Of a DNA stretch of 40,481 nt, positions 23,110-36,000 are shown piece by piece. The notes beneath the pieces were generated by a model. That model made no database searches and was not told the origin of the DNA. It worked only from the letters and a program-made list of their open reading frames with translations. This stretch comes from Streblomastix strix (taxonomy: Eukaryota). A program made the position numbers and the translations under genes. Within the stretch, counting starts at the first letter, position 1. Each line of letters begins with the position of its first letter. The stretch spans positions 1 to 40,481 of the forward strand of contig SNRW01000023.1 of NCBI GenBank assembly GCA_008636045.1, written 5' to 3'.

Positions 23110-23560
23110 ATATTCCTAATCATAAAACTACATCAATAAATGTTTTGTATCATATATTGAAGAATCGCCATCATTTGGATTGAATAGCCATATTATATCA
23201 TTTGTTGCGCATGAAACAAGCAGTGGTGGATGTTTCACATAAATATCTATGTTAAAAATAAATATTAGTTTCTCTTTAGTAAACCGGTTACCCATGTAAT
23301 TTGAAAGATACAATTTGATTCTTACTGTTCAATCCTATAAATTTTAATGCACAAATACAGCTCTTTTCAAATTGTGAAGTAATGAAAATAATAATAATTC
23401 ATAAATCGAGCTATATTTTTGTCTTTATATTCGTCTTGATATAATTAATGAGTTACATTTATCAAATATTTTTCAATTTATTATTTATATTATTCTCATA
23501 TAATTGCTTCGAAAGAAAGTAATTAATAAATAAACACATCGGAAAACATGAAATTTTTCA
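23110..23560 (-). pseudogene. Old relic of a second putative major capsid gene (C-terminal part)
   Basis: ALKFIGLNSKNQIVSFKLHGQPVYQ / NIDIYVKHPPLLVSCATNDIIWLFNPNDGDSSIYDTKH aligns by eye with ALTFDGLDTQNLNTSVELRGTPIYQ / NVDTSGKKPPTPILCTVHETFWQFSPAAGGSCIYDSNH of ORF 5339-7039. Confidence 0.75.
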
Positions 23561-26500
23561 TTATATTTTAAATTTACATGTTATAAAATAATTTATCTTT
23601 ATTAAAGTGCTAAATTATTTAAATGGTATATGTGCATTTTGGCATATAATCGTTCGAATTAACTGAATTATACTGTAATAAAAGGAAGAATTGAATGAAT
23701 TGTTGAAAAATATATTAACTGATCAAATTGTAGCAGTTATGTAAGATATGATTTTATGAAATTTTGATAAAAATTTTCGAATATAAAAAATGTAAGTCTT
23801 ATTTATTTACTCATCTGCTCATTAGAATTTTTATAGCAAAACTTAAAATTTGCTGAATTGTGGTTGCGGTTCAAGTTTTCAATTAATTTAATGTGCAAGA
23901 ACACCGACAGCGCATAGATCATATTTGTATTGATATCAAAATCATGAAAAAATAAATATAAACAATAATTTACTAATAATATATTTTTGATCATCTATTT
24001 TCATAAACAAAAATTCTCATTTGTTTAAGTAAAATTTTTCTCTTCTCATAACTATTCTTTTATAAAATTATTTATAATAGACTATCTTTTAATGAAAGTT
24101 TTTATGTCGAATTAAATTGTATTTCATATAATAATATTATTTTTTATTTCTTTTCACTAAATAATTATTATTATAAATAAACAGTTAATAGCTATCGTTG
24201 ATTTCACTGAAAAAGATATTTCTCTTTTATCATATAATATATAATTACAAATATTTTCGAGACTAGAAAAATATTTATATTAATTCATGAATATTTAAAT
24301 TATTAAAGTTTAATATTTATGAAAAAAATATTTTCAAATATAACTGACTAATGTTGGTAAAATATGTTTTTTAAAAAAAAAATTGCGAGCAGCTTAGCAC
24401 AAAAATAAAAAGTTTCCACATCGAAAAATCAAAGAAAATTTAATTATTGAAATTATTTATTTGGAATTTGCCGAAATACAATAATTATATTATATTATAT
24501 TAGTTCAACATGAAAATTATTGTTACTAAAGAAAGAATTAAAAATTTATTTAAAAGGATCTTTATATGTGTCATCATAAAATATTGTCAATTATAACTAC
24601 GAATGTTTCAAAATCATATTGTCCGTAGTGGTAGATGTAACTGTTTTTGAATTTATTAAAATATATTTATTAAACTTATGCAATTAATTCTTTATATTAT
24701 TGAATGAAATTTAATATTTGAATTCGAATAAATTAGTGAAATTATGATAAATTTAGAAATTCATGTAATTTTTATATAATAAATGAAAATATATAACAAT
24801 TATTTATCAAAAATGTTATTATTTAAAACAATGAAATTAAATTGAAGAATGAATTTATTTGAGCAGTGAATTATCTGAAATACTATTTGGATTTGCAAAT
24901 AGTTTCTTAACTTATTATTGCTGATAATAATTTAATTACAATCATTAAATGTCAAAACGCACTAATGTATTTACGCAACTATATTATTCATTAATATTTA
25001 CAATGTATTTGTTACAAATAATCGTAAGAATACAAATTAATTATTTTTAATATTATAAATATTATATGCCTAACACAAACAAGATAGGAGTTAAATTCAA
25101 TAAAAATTATTTTTGTTCTTAATGTATAATTAATTACAAATTAATAAAATATATTTTAAATATCGATATCATTCTGAAAAAAAAGCAAAAATTGCTAAAA
25201 AAAACGCAGCAAAAAATGCATAAAAGAGTTATATCAAATTTTCACGATATGGCATATTTAATTTTTAATTTAAACTGTGAATGTATATTTATTTGATAAT
25301 TAACTAAAAATAATTTCAAAAATCATATATATATGCATGGTGAAATTTTGTCAAAAAATAGACATTTCCGGCCCGGCCATGCGCGGCTATTTCCGGCTCT
25401 TTATTTTATATTTATTTGATATAAAAATATATGTATGATATATATATGATGTCCTAACGATGGAGAAGTGCGAACTACCAGAAATTAAAATTTATAATTA
25501 TTTTAATGCATATTGCGACTATTTTAATAAATATAATTGTTGAAAGTTATAGCAGAAGTTACAGGTGGAAAAGCGAGAAAATTTATATTGTAAAAAATTT
25601 GAAGCTGTTGTTAATAAAAAATGACAGTTACATATAAATTCAATTTTTATTTTAATTATTATATAATCATCTATAAATATAAAAATCTTATTAAAACAAA
25701 GAATGAAATGTTGAAGTGAGAGAAAATGAAAAAATAAAATTCATTTCAATTTCCTGAAGCAGACGTGGTGCAAAATGTTTAAAGTGTGCAAATCTGGAAC
25801 GTTTATGATAACATATTTATATATAGTTTGTTAAATTTGGTTTAATTTCGTTACAGGACAGGGGAAGTTGAATCAGATAAAACATGCTAATTTTTTTCTC
25901 ATTTTTTTCAAGAAACATATAAATAAATATGAATTAATTTGTAAAAATTTGAATTTGAAAATATGTTTTCTATATTTATAAAATAAATATGAAGATTTTT
26001 TTGTTCAATATATGCCAGATCACCTCATTTTTATTTTTATTGTGGAATTTCTCCTTGACCAGAACGTTTTTATTATTTTGTATTGTTGGACGAACTACAA
26101 TTTTGAAGTACTTTCAGATTACAAATAAATAACGAGAATCCAAATTAAATATTTGAAAAACGACGCTACATAGAAAAACGACTGCACATAATGGGTTAGC
26201 CTACTTTTTTCTATCAAAATAATGATTTCCAAAATTTTTTACACAATGAAAATTAATTGGAGAAACTTAATAAAGCTCCGCGAGCAACTTAGCGCTCTTA
26301 AGAGCGCTTTTGACCAACACTGCAACTGATATTTGTATTTTTTAAAATAAACGTAAATTAATGCATTGATGTTTTAAATAATATTATAAAATGTGAAGAA
26401 TATATTTTTTTAATCAATAATTTTGCATTTGTGAGTTTATTAACCTTCTATTACTATTTTTCTAAATTCATCAACTATACTAACTATCATTAATAAATGA

Positions 26501-26693
26501 ATTAAGAGAACTTTATGATTAGTGATATTTAATAATTTACAATTTTCTCGTGTAATGTAAATTATATTCAATGATTAACATATATAATAAGCAAATATAC
26601 ATTTATTTTATCAAAGAAAAATTTATTTGCCCATAATTAATATATTTTATTGCATTAATCAACGCTTTTTTATTTTTATCTTAATTTCTTTAG

Positions 26694-27230
26694 ATGGGCG
26701 GGCTTTTCTCGAGATTATTCCGCTCAAAATAATATAATCTTCTTATTATTGGACTCGATAACGCCGGAAAAACAACTCTTGTCCAAAAAATGATGAACTC
26801 AAGTGGTGCTGTGGCACAAACGATACCAACAATTGGGTTGAATGTTGAAGAAACAAAATTCCGAAATCTCCGTTTTGTTCTTTGGGATTTGAGTGGATAA
26901 AGAGACTAGAGAAACACATGGAGGCACTATTATGTAGGTACAAATGCCCTTATTTTTGTAGTTGATGCAACAGATCGGAAACGCATTATAGAAGCTAAAA
27001 ATGAATTTGATCGAGTAATGGAAGAATAATAATTGGCTGGATTACCATGTCTAATGTTTGTGAATAAGAGTGATGTTTCCAAGGCAATGTCGTCTGCAAA
27101 AATTATTAAGAAATTTGAGATTAATAGCGAATAATTACCTCACTTACGAATTCAAGCATGTTCAGCTATAACAGGATTGGGGCTAAATGAAGGGCTTACA
27201 TGGCTTTCTAATGAATTGAAACATAAATGA
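26694..27230 (+). CDS. Arf/Arl-family small GTPase, 178 aa
   Basis: MGGLFS myristoylation-type N-terminus, GLDNAGKTT, PTIG, WDLSGQ, NKSD and CSA motifs. Single frame ending TGA when TAR=Gln. Confidence 0.95.
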
Positions 27231-27355
27231 CATACCTTAATTAATTAAAATTTATCATCCACTTCAATCAGTTTGTTGAACACTGAAAAATAAAATAAAG
27301 AATATTTTATTTATTAAAGGCGTTAGGAGACATAAAAAGAAAATTGGAAATAAAA

Positions 27356-30300
27356 TCATTTTTTCTTACCACTTGAATGGTGCTTTGATTTATGTGAATG
27401 AGAACTGCTTGAAATTGGAGCTTAAAAATTGTTAGGGATGTTTTCGATGTTATCTTCAATTAACTTTCTGTGCTTACTACGTTTCCTTACGCTCTTTATC
27501 TCCGGCTTTTTGTCATGTTTTCTGCGATGTTTATATTTATTTTCCGTTCGATTTCTTGAAGAATGATGTGATTTTTTCGATGATGTTACGCCAGTCAATT
27601 GTGAATTATCCTGATTATTTTATTTAGAATTGTGAGTTGTTGGTGGAATTTGTTAAATAGATGACTAATTGGAATTCAGGGGAAGTGATGGTTGAATGTT
27701 ACTTTGTTGGTTTATTGGTTTCTAAGCAATCTTACTTAATAACTATGCAGCTGTATCTGCATCTTTTGAGGTGCGTTTATTTTGTTGAGTAAGAATGGCA
27801 TAATTTCCATCAGAGTTTTATCCAATGTCTTCTTCCTATATAACATCCTTACGTTTTGTTTCACTTGGATCGGCACTGCAATTGGTAAATACATTTTTAT
27901 ATTTCAGGTTTTCTTTAATTTTTTCAATTGGCATCTCTGCACCTTCAACATTTTTATATGATAAAGCATCCCAGATTTGAGGTTCTGTTCCATCATCCCT
28001 TTAAGTAGATGAAATAACACTATGTTTATGCTTTGGTTATTTCTAAATTAAGTCTGAAGCTTTCTTGTTACCTTTTCTATCCATTTCACCAATAAAACTG
28101 GTAGTTGTTGTTACAATAGGGGATGAAAATGGGTTTGACAGATTGAGAATATTTGAATATTATCTTTCATCTTTCATCCGATCTCTATTTTTGTGGTGAT
28201 TGCGTTTATCCTCTTCTCCATTCATACTGTGAGTAATATCATAATCTTTTATTTGACTTTGAGACCTCAGATGTAATTCATTCCTCTTCTTATGCTCAGT
28301 TTATCCAATATCTCTTTATTTATTATCATTTTTCTTTATTTTTTCTTTTTCTTTTCTTTCATCGTCTCTGTTTCTCTTCTATTAGGATCCTCTGTTTGGA
28401 GGAGTTGTTGATATAATTGATTATCCCAAAACACTCTTATTTCTCTTTTTATCTTTATCTTTACTTTTTGATTTGTATTTATCTTTATGTCCTTTTGATT
28501 TTTATTTCTTTTCTTTTTCTCTTCTTCTCTCTTTTTATCTTTATTCTTTATCTCTACTTATTTCAGTTTGCAATTCTCCTCCTTTCTCATTCATCATATC
28601 TCCATCCTTCTCCTCATCTCCGCTCTTACCTGTGTGCCACAGTATGTGAAGGATATATCGTACAAGAGGAATCTTCTATCCACAATGATAACATATTTTA
28701 CTTTCTTCTTCTTTCTTCTCTGTACCATCATTCCCACTCACTTTTCTATCCTATGCTATTTCTTAATTTCTATTATTGCCTTCTCTTTCTTTTGTTCCTT
28801 TACTTTTATCCTTATGGTGGTGATGATGATGTTGATGCTTTCTTTCTTTATCACCATCATTCTTCCCATGTGAGTCTCTTTTCTTACTTTCTTTCCCCTT
28901 TCCATCTTTATCACTATGCTTCTTATCCTTTCTTTCATGCTTCTCTCTTCTTTTCTATTCTTTTCTTTTTAGTTTCTCTTCCTAAAGTGCTCGAGCTCTT
29001 TCTTCTTCTTCAAAACGTCTTATTTCAATGTCTGATAATTATCCTTCTCTTCTTTCTTCTTCTTTCTTTCGCATTTCATTTCGCCTTTCTTCATCCTGTA
29101 TCTCTCGGAGGGCAATCTAATAAAAATTAATCAAATGAAAAACAATTAATTTAAAAGAAAAGACATTAAACCTCAAATAATTCTTATTCCCTTCGTTCAC
29201 GTTCAGCTCTTGCACGCAACTCTGCTTCAAAGCGCATTCTCTCTTCAACTTCATCCCAAACATCATCATCTGTTGAAGTGTCTGTGTCTGTACTTGTGCT
29301 ATTTGTTGAATCAGTATCTCCCCATTCACTGACATCATCTGCACGATGTCCTGTTGTGTGTTATGTTACTGGTGGTTCAGAATCATCTTCATCTTCATCA
29401 TCATCTTCTTCCTCTTCCTCTTCATTGTTATTCTTTCCTCTTATTCTACTTGCATGTGATCTGCTTAATCTATCGCTACTCTTATTCCTTTCTTTGCTGT
29501 GTTCATGTCTTGTTCTCTCTTTATAGTTTGACTCTGATTCATCATTCACACTTTCATATTCGTATTCGTATTCATCATCTTCTCCTTCTGTTACATTTAA
29601 TATTACATTTTATTCTTCATTTCGTGAAGGTGCATCACCTCTTGGTGGAGGAGGAAGAGGTAATTATGATATAATTGTTGTTGATTATGATTTAGGAAGA
29701 GTCTGCTATGAATTTGATGAAATGAGTTATTTATTAGCATTCGATGTGGAAGTTTAGGAACAATTTGAATAGAAGGTGACTGAATCTACTGAAGGAGGAG
29801 GAGGAAGTGGAATTATTCTTTTGTTTCCAATAATGATTCCTTTTTTCTTTTTCTTTTTCTTTCCTTTTCTTCTCTCAATTCCATTCGTTCCATAACTTTA
29901 TACACTCCCTGTTTCTTTATTAGATTAATCAATATCTTACTTATCCTCTTTTGATGAAATACTCTAAGTTGTTGTTTTAAGATCATATTAACTTTAATCT
30001 TCGTGAATATTCATTTAATGCTATTCTTCATTTTGATCATTCATCATCTAATCAAAGTTAGATTCTCCATCTTTATCTTTTTATTCTAATATCCTATCTC
30101 CCTTCTCATTTTATATTTTAAGAATAGCTTCTGTATTTGTTTATGTTTCCATTGTTTACTCTGATTCTGCAGTCCACGACTAATTCATCGAATAATTATC
30201 ATTTCCTTATCTTTATTAAATATTCTATAATTCATTTATATTTTCATCCTAGTTATAATTGCTCCCTTTAAATTCATCAATTGAAACAATTTTATTAAAA

Positions 30301-31637
30301 TCTTATAAATGTAATTATTCATGAATAAAAAGTTAAGATTATAATGATTATGATGTTTGTTAAATTAACTATGAATCCAATTTAATTTAATTGTCTATTT
30401 ATTAATCATTATTTCTCTCCGCATTAATTTATGCTTCACTTTCTTAACTTGCCTTTAAATATGGTTAAAAGAATGGATGGTTGAAAACTAAATCAACATC
30501 TCCCATTATATCATTACTTGGGGATAACATCTTCTGAATAATATCAATACATTCATTTGATAAACCTTCAGGAAGTTAAGTTGTATTAAGTGTATCACTT
30601 TATGAGTAAATAATAAATATAAATGTGAATAATTAAAACAGATATTATTCTTCATTTACCTTCCCTTTGCTAAAAGTCGCATCATAAGTAGGCCTACCAT
30701 AAACACATCAAATTTCTTCATATCAGCATTTATTATATCATCAGTATCTTGTTGACCAGAAATACTGCGGATAAAATAACAATAATATAAGTATATCAAT
30801 TATAACTATCAAAGATGTACCTTTCTATCATATCACGACGTTCATCATCATCAGGAGGTGAAGTAAAACCATAATTATCGATTTTGGCAACACAAATATC
30901 AGATTTTTCCAGATTTTGAAATAAAATGCTGTCAGCTGTTAATTTTCTATGAATAAAATGGTTTTATTGATAGATTAATAATAGAATATATTGAAAATAA
31001 ATAAAATAAATAAAAATACCCATGAGTTACATTATTGTCATGAAGAAATTTTACTCCATCCACTTAAATAATAATATAAAAGTTTATCAGAATTTAAATA
31101 TGTAAATAAATACTGGAAGCAACATACAAATTTGTCCAACAATTTCCCGCACTATATATTCAGGGGGAGATTTGTATGGTGAACTAAGAATTTCTTCTAG
31201 GCTCTACAATTTAAAAAGAAATTCAATAAATTGAAAAATTTATAATTGAGTCAAACAGGAAGGTTCGCGTGTTCCATTAAAATTGCAACATTATTAGATA
31301 GAATATCAACGGATATGCATTGAAGTATATTGATATGTCTATAAAATCAAATATTATTTTTATAATAAAAAATCAAATTTAAGAATCGATCAATATACTA
31401 TTCAAGAGCAAGTGCCGAATCCCATCCTTCTTTGTTAAAATTTTTGATATCAATAAGTTTTGCAGTATATAACTTTCCATTCTATAAAGCGATTGTATAA
31501 ATCCTAAGATCAAATAAAAATAAAAATGTTATATTATAGAAAAATGTAAAAAAAAATTAATAAAACCTTCTTTTTCCCCATGGGTGGAGAAAACGCCAGT
31601 TAAGATCTTTTAAAATTTATAAATCAGCACTGTTCAT
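27356..31637 (-). CDS. Protein-kinase-fold protein (predicted pseudokinase) with long low-complexity Q/R/E/K/S-rich tail; ~8 short introns
   Basis: Spliced exons give YTAKLI, HINILQC, ILMEHAN, GVKFLHDNNVTHGKLTADSILF, KIDNYG, KFDVFMVG and FNHPFF. GT-AG introns include 31504-31566 and 29117-29171. Ends HSSGKKK-TGA. Confidence 0.82.
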
Positions 31638-32563
31638 AATCTGTATTAACGTAGGAAAAAGTAAATCAATGTTATACTTGTTGAAAACAAAAATTTATTT
31701 GTGAAAATAAAGGAAATAATAATATCTTGCCTTTTATTTTGATTTTATTGATCCATTCTTAAATCAATTGAAAAAAGAGCGTAGAAAAGAGCTAATTTAC
31801 CATATATTATTTCAATGTTTTTATTATAGAATATGTGAAAGATTGGATAATTTTCAAGCATATTAGTTTGATTCTTGTTCAGTTAAATGTGGTAATATTA
31901 AATTTCAGTTTTATTAATGTTTTTATCATGAAATATTCTGTTTATTCTATAAATGAGTTAAGGTCATAAAATTAATTTCATTAGATATATTTTTATTCCG
32001 AATTACCGTTTGGATGGCTAGGAAAAATGTTTTTGCAAAATATATGTGTATTTAAGTTAATTCATCTGAAATATTATTGATTTGTGCGTATTTACTATTT
32101 TTTATACAATTAAAAATATAAAAATGTCTAAATATTTGGAGTTCAGTGGAGAATTTTAAGTTTTTGCCCTATTAGTTAATTTAAGCAAAAATATAGAAAT
32201 TTACAATATTATATTTATATTATATGGATAATATAAATTAAATAGTATGAAAATGTGCAGATGGTGAAAATAGAAACGATAAAAAATATTAATAATATTT
32301 ATCAACACAAACTAGCTATTTGTGTGAACAATCAACATATTTTATTAGACTTAAATATAATTTTAATAGATTTTACTATTATTATATTTATCTGTGCGCT
32401 GTGCTTGAAATTAAATAAAAATATAGAATTCCATTTTTATATTATGTTTAAGCTTGCTATTAATTTTTAAAATTCTTATTAACAAAAAGTTGAATTTACT
32501 TTTCATTTTAATTTTTATATCTTCATATTTTAATATACATTTCATCTCTTTTTTTAAAAGAAA

Positions 32564-32821
32564 ATGAATTCAGAATTCATCTGGGAAAATAATTATAATT
32601 AAATCCATTCTCCAACTTACATCTCTTCAAAATCAATTCGAATGAGACTCTAGTAAACATATCGACTATAACACAATAGAAAAATATCTCAGTAAAATCA
32701 TGCAAAATCTGAAAGTTTAAAATCATAGACTGATGGATTAACAAATCATCATAATAAACCAATTAACTATAGCAACCATTAATTAATTAAGTAATTGAAA
32801 ATTATATAATCAAAAAAATGA
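32564..32821 (+). CDS. Possible 85-aa ORF or terminal exon, unknown function
   Basis: Open from ATG to TGA with TAR=Gln and preceded by a pyrimidine tract plus AG; no recognisable motif. Confidence 0.25.
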
Positions 32822-33010
32822 CTTGTTCTATTAGTATTTAATAAATACATCAATAAATTAAGATCTAATTTTCATTATTTTTTAAATCATATTTTATTGA
32901 AAATATATTGTATAATAAATAAATTATTAAGTTTATAAAAAAGTAAATGAGAAGGAAAATATGAAAAATATTAACTATTTAAATTGCTTTGGTATTATAC
33001 AGTTCATTAA

Positions 33011-36000
33011 TCAGCTTGTTCTAGTCTTCTTATTATTCTTCTTTGAGCCTCCAATCTAAGTAGATTTATTTATTGGTGAAGTGATATTTTATTGAGATGA
33101 TCTATATTTTAAGGGAGATTATTTCAATTTGGATTTGCCTTTTTTGTTTTATATTTATTATTGTTCGTTATCTTATGAAGAACTAGATGAACTATCTGAA
33201 TCACTATCACTGTCATCTTTAGAGTGGAGACTTAATTTGGATAAAACATTCAAGCGAAGTTTCTATTTTGATGCAAAAGCCTTTTAATGAATGTCCATTC
33301 TTTTCTTGAATAATAAGTTTTCACTTTCAATTCCTGTCAAGCCAATGGATTCAGAAAAGAGTATATCATGCTCTCCAAAGTGTCTATCAAAGATTGAAGT
33401 TAAGAAGCGAACAGCAACTGATGAATGGCTTTCTATTTATAATTTTAAAACATCTCCAAGAACAGTCAATCTTTAACGAAGAAGAAAATGATCACGTCTA
33501 TGTCGTAATCCAGCTTAACTGTCATAATATGAAATTAAACCTTCTTTTAATCTGGGAGTTGCTATTGATAAAATAGTTTGCTATGATGATGATGTTGATT
33601 AAGAAGTAATAGAAGGCATAATTCTAGTCATATATGAGGCAAGTTTATTATCTCCTGGTTATTATACGTTTTATTATTCTTCCTATTATGAAGAACCAGT
33701 TAAATCTAATATTGTTGAATGTTAATGATTCATATTTTATGTTAATTACTATAAATTAGGCAAAGTTCCTGAATTTGAGAATGAATTGGAAAAATCTGAA
33801 TAACTAATTTTCTTCTTCTTATTTGGAGAAGCCCATCGTTTCATTATTTCTTCTTCAGCTTTAAATAAAACATTTACTTCAGTCATAAGTAAGGCATGCA
33901 ATGCTAATATATTTTATATGTTCTCTTATTATCTCACTTCTTAAAGAAGTTACATTAGTAATTCAAAAACATGTTCTCTTCCATTGTCAAATACTTTTAT
34001 CTTTGTTATCATAGTATTTAATAAATGAAGCTCTTTATTATCAGAATCATTTCTATTATTTGTGTTTTCTAATTCATCTCCAAATCCATTTTCATCATCT
34101 TTGTTAATATTAAATGCAACAGTTTTCTGTATTAATTCTATTAAAGAATTCGATTAAGATTCTATAAATAAAATTTATTTTCTCCAAGGTAATGCAAATA
34201 TAATATATGACAGAATTATTAAAAAACAACCAACAATTCCAATTATTAATAGAATTATAATTGATCTATCTATTTATGATTATCCTGAAGCTAATATAGA
34301 GTCTGTAACTATATCAAATCCTGATAATAGAATTGAAATTGTAATAAAATGAGATTTATTATGCATGAAACATTTCATAATAACATTTAATAACAAAAAA
34401 CACACACCATCTTTTAAATCGTTTCTAATAGCAGATGTAATGAATCTAATTTCTTCCTTATCTTCTGTAAATAATTCTGGATCTTCTTTTCCCATTTATG
34501 CTATATTCAATCTAACTCTAGAAATTAATTAATTAAGACCATAAACTGGAAATTTGACCTTAAATGAATGTAAGCAACGAGAAAGAAAAACATAAGAATA
34601 AAAAATAAATAGAAAATTGATATTTAATTTCATGTGATATAAAATAAATTTATTTTATAAATTTATTATGATAATATTATAAACAAACTTAATATATTCT
34701 ATTAGGATCTAAATTCTCACAGTTATCATTATTTGAGATAAAACAATCCTTTATATTAAGAAGAAAATTAACATTCATTTTTGTAGATTATCTTTTCAAA
34801 TTAATTTAATCTAACTACTGATCATTTGTAATTGAGTATTAAGTATCGCCAAAATGAATCTTACTATGAATTGATTCAAAATAATCTGAAGATTTGATAA
34901 GAAGATTTAATAAAACAGATTTATTTGAAGAGACATGAGAAGAGTCATTCCAAACAGGTGAAGTGCATTGCATGAATTGAATGGGTTCTATTATATTAAT
35001 ATTTTCTGTATTAAATATGAGTCTGAGTGTAAAAAATCTGAATGAAGGTGTGTTTATAAGATAGAAAAAAAAAATATTAATAAATGTATTATCAAATGCT
35101 TTTAATATAATCATTAATAACAAACTCAATTTAAGCAAGAGTAGGAGGTCTCATTCCTGACATCAGAATACTGGCAGAAATGTTATCATACATGAATATG
35201 AATACTACTGACACAATAAGAAGAACCAGTGTTATAAAAGGAGCAATTAATAATGATAATATTATTTAAATAATCATTGAATTTGTGATTGGCGAAGGAA
35301 GATTGTCATATTGTTTCTTTGTGTGTTTAATCTATTATAGAATAAAATATGATTAAAGAAAATGATTAATAATATTCGGTATATTTATTATAATTAATCC
35401 AGTCATACTTCTTTTTCTAATTTTTTTTCCCACACTCTATCAATTATAACAAATCTTGCATATCCATTTGAGTTAGTTTCATTTGCTTTCATTATTCCTC
35501 CTTAGAAAGGATTCCATATTCTCATTGATGCTTCTTTTCTTAATAAGAAATCTTCATCTTCTTCATCTTCACTATCATCATCCTTCTTTATATCTTAATT
35601 AAAATCCATATCAGCTGCATCTTCCCAACCTTTTTTTAACCTCTTTTCTGCATCCTTAACTTATTTAATTAGATAATCTCTCTTTTCCTTCAAATGCTTC
35701 CTTCTTTCTTCATCAATTAATTCATCAAGTGGCATTGATTGATTTATATTTTAATTTTTATTAGAAAGCATCTGGAGTTATGCTAATGATTATATATGTG
35801 AACTGGATTCAAATTGGTCTATTTATTATAATTATTAATTTTATTAGTATTATTATAAGAAATTCTATATTTATTATTAAGGCGCTTATAATTATTATCC
35901 TTATATTTATGGTTATTGTAATTAAGATGAAACTTATTAGAATAAATTATTTTAAATTCCTTAATTTAATTCAAAATTATTATTATTAGATTATTAAATT

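Noticed and set aside
25365..25485. Possible ncRNA (GC patch, box C-like ATGATG)
   Set aside because: No box D, tRNA cloverleaf or recognisable fold.
27283..27369. Extra terminal intron in the pseudokinase (GTAAG...TTTCAG on minus strand)
   Set aside because: The unspliced frame already ends at TGA 27356-27358, and splicing would run into the Arf gene; RNA evidence is needed.
28417..29674. Long + strand hydrophobic ORFs in the track (e.g. 237 aa at 28417-29130)
   Set aside because: They are antisense shadows of the purine-rich, low-complexity tail of the minus-strand pseudokinase.
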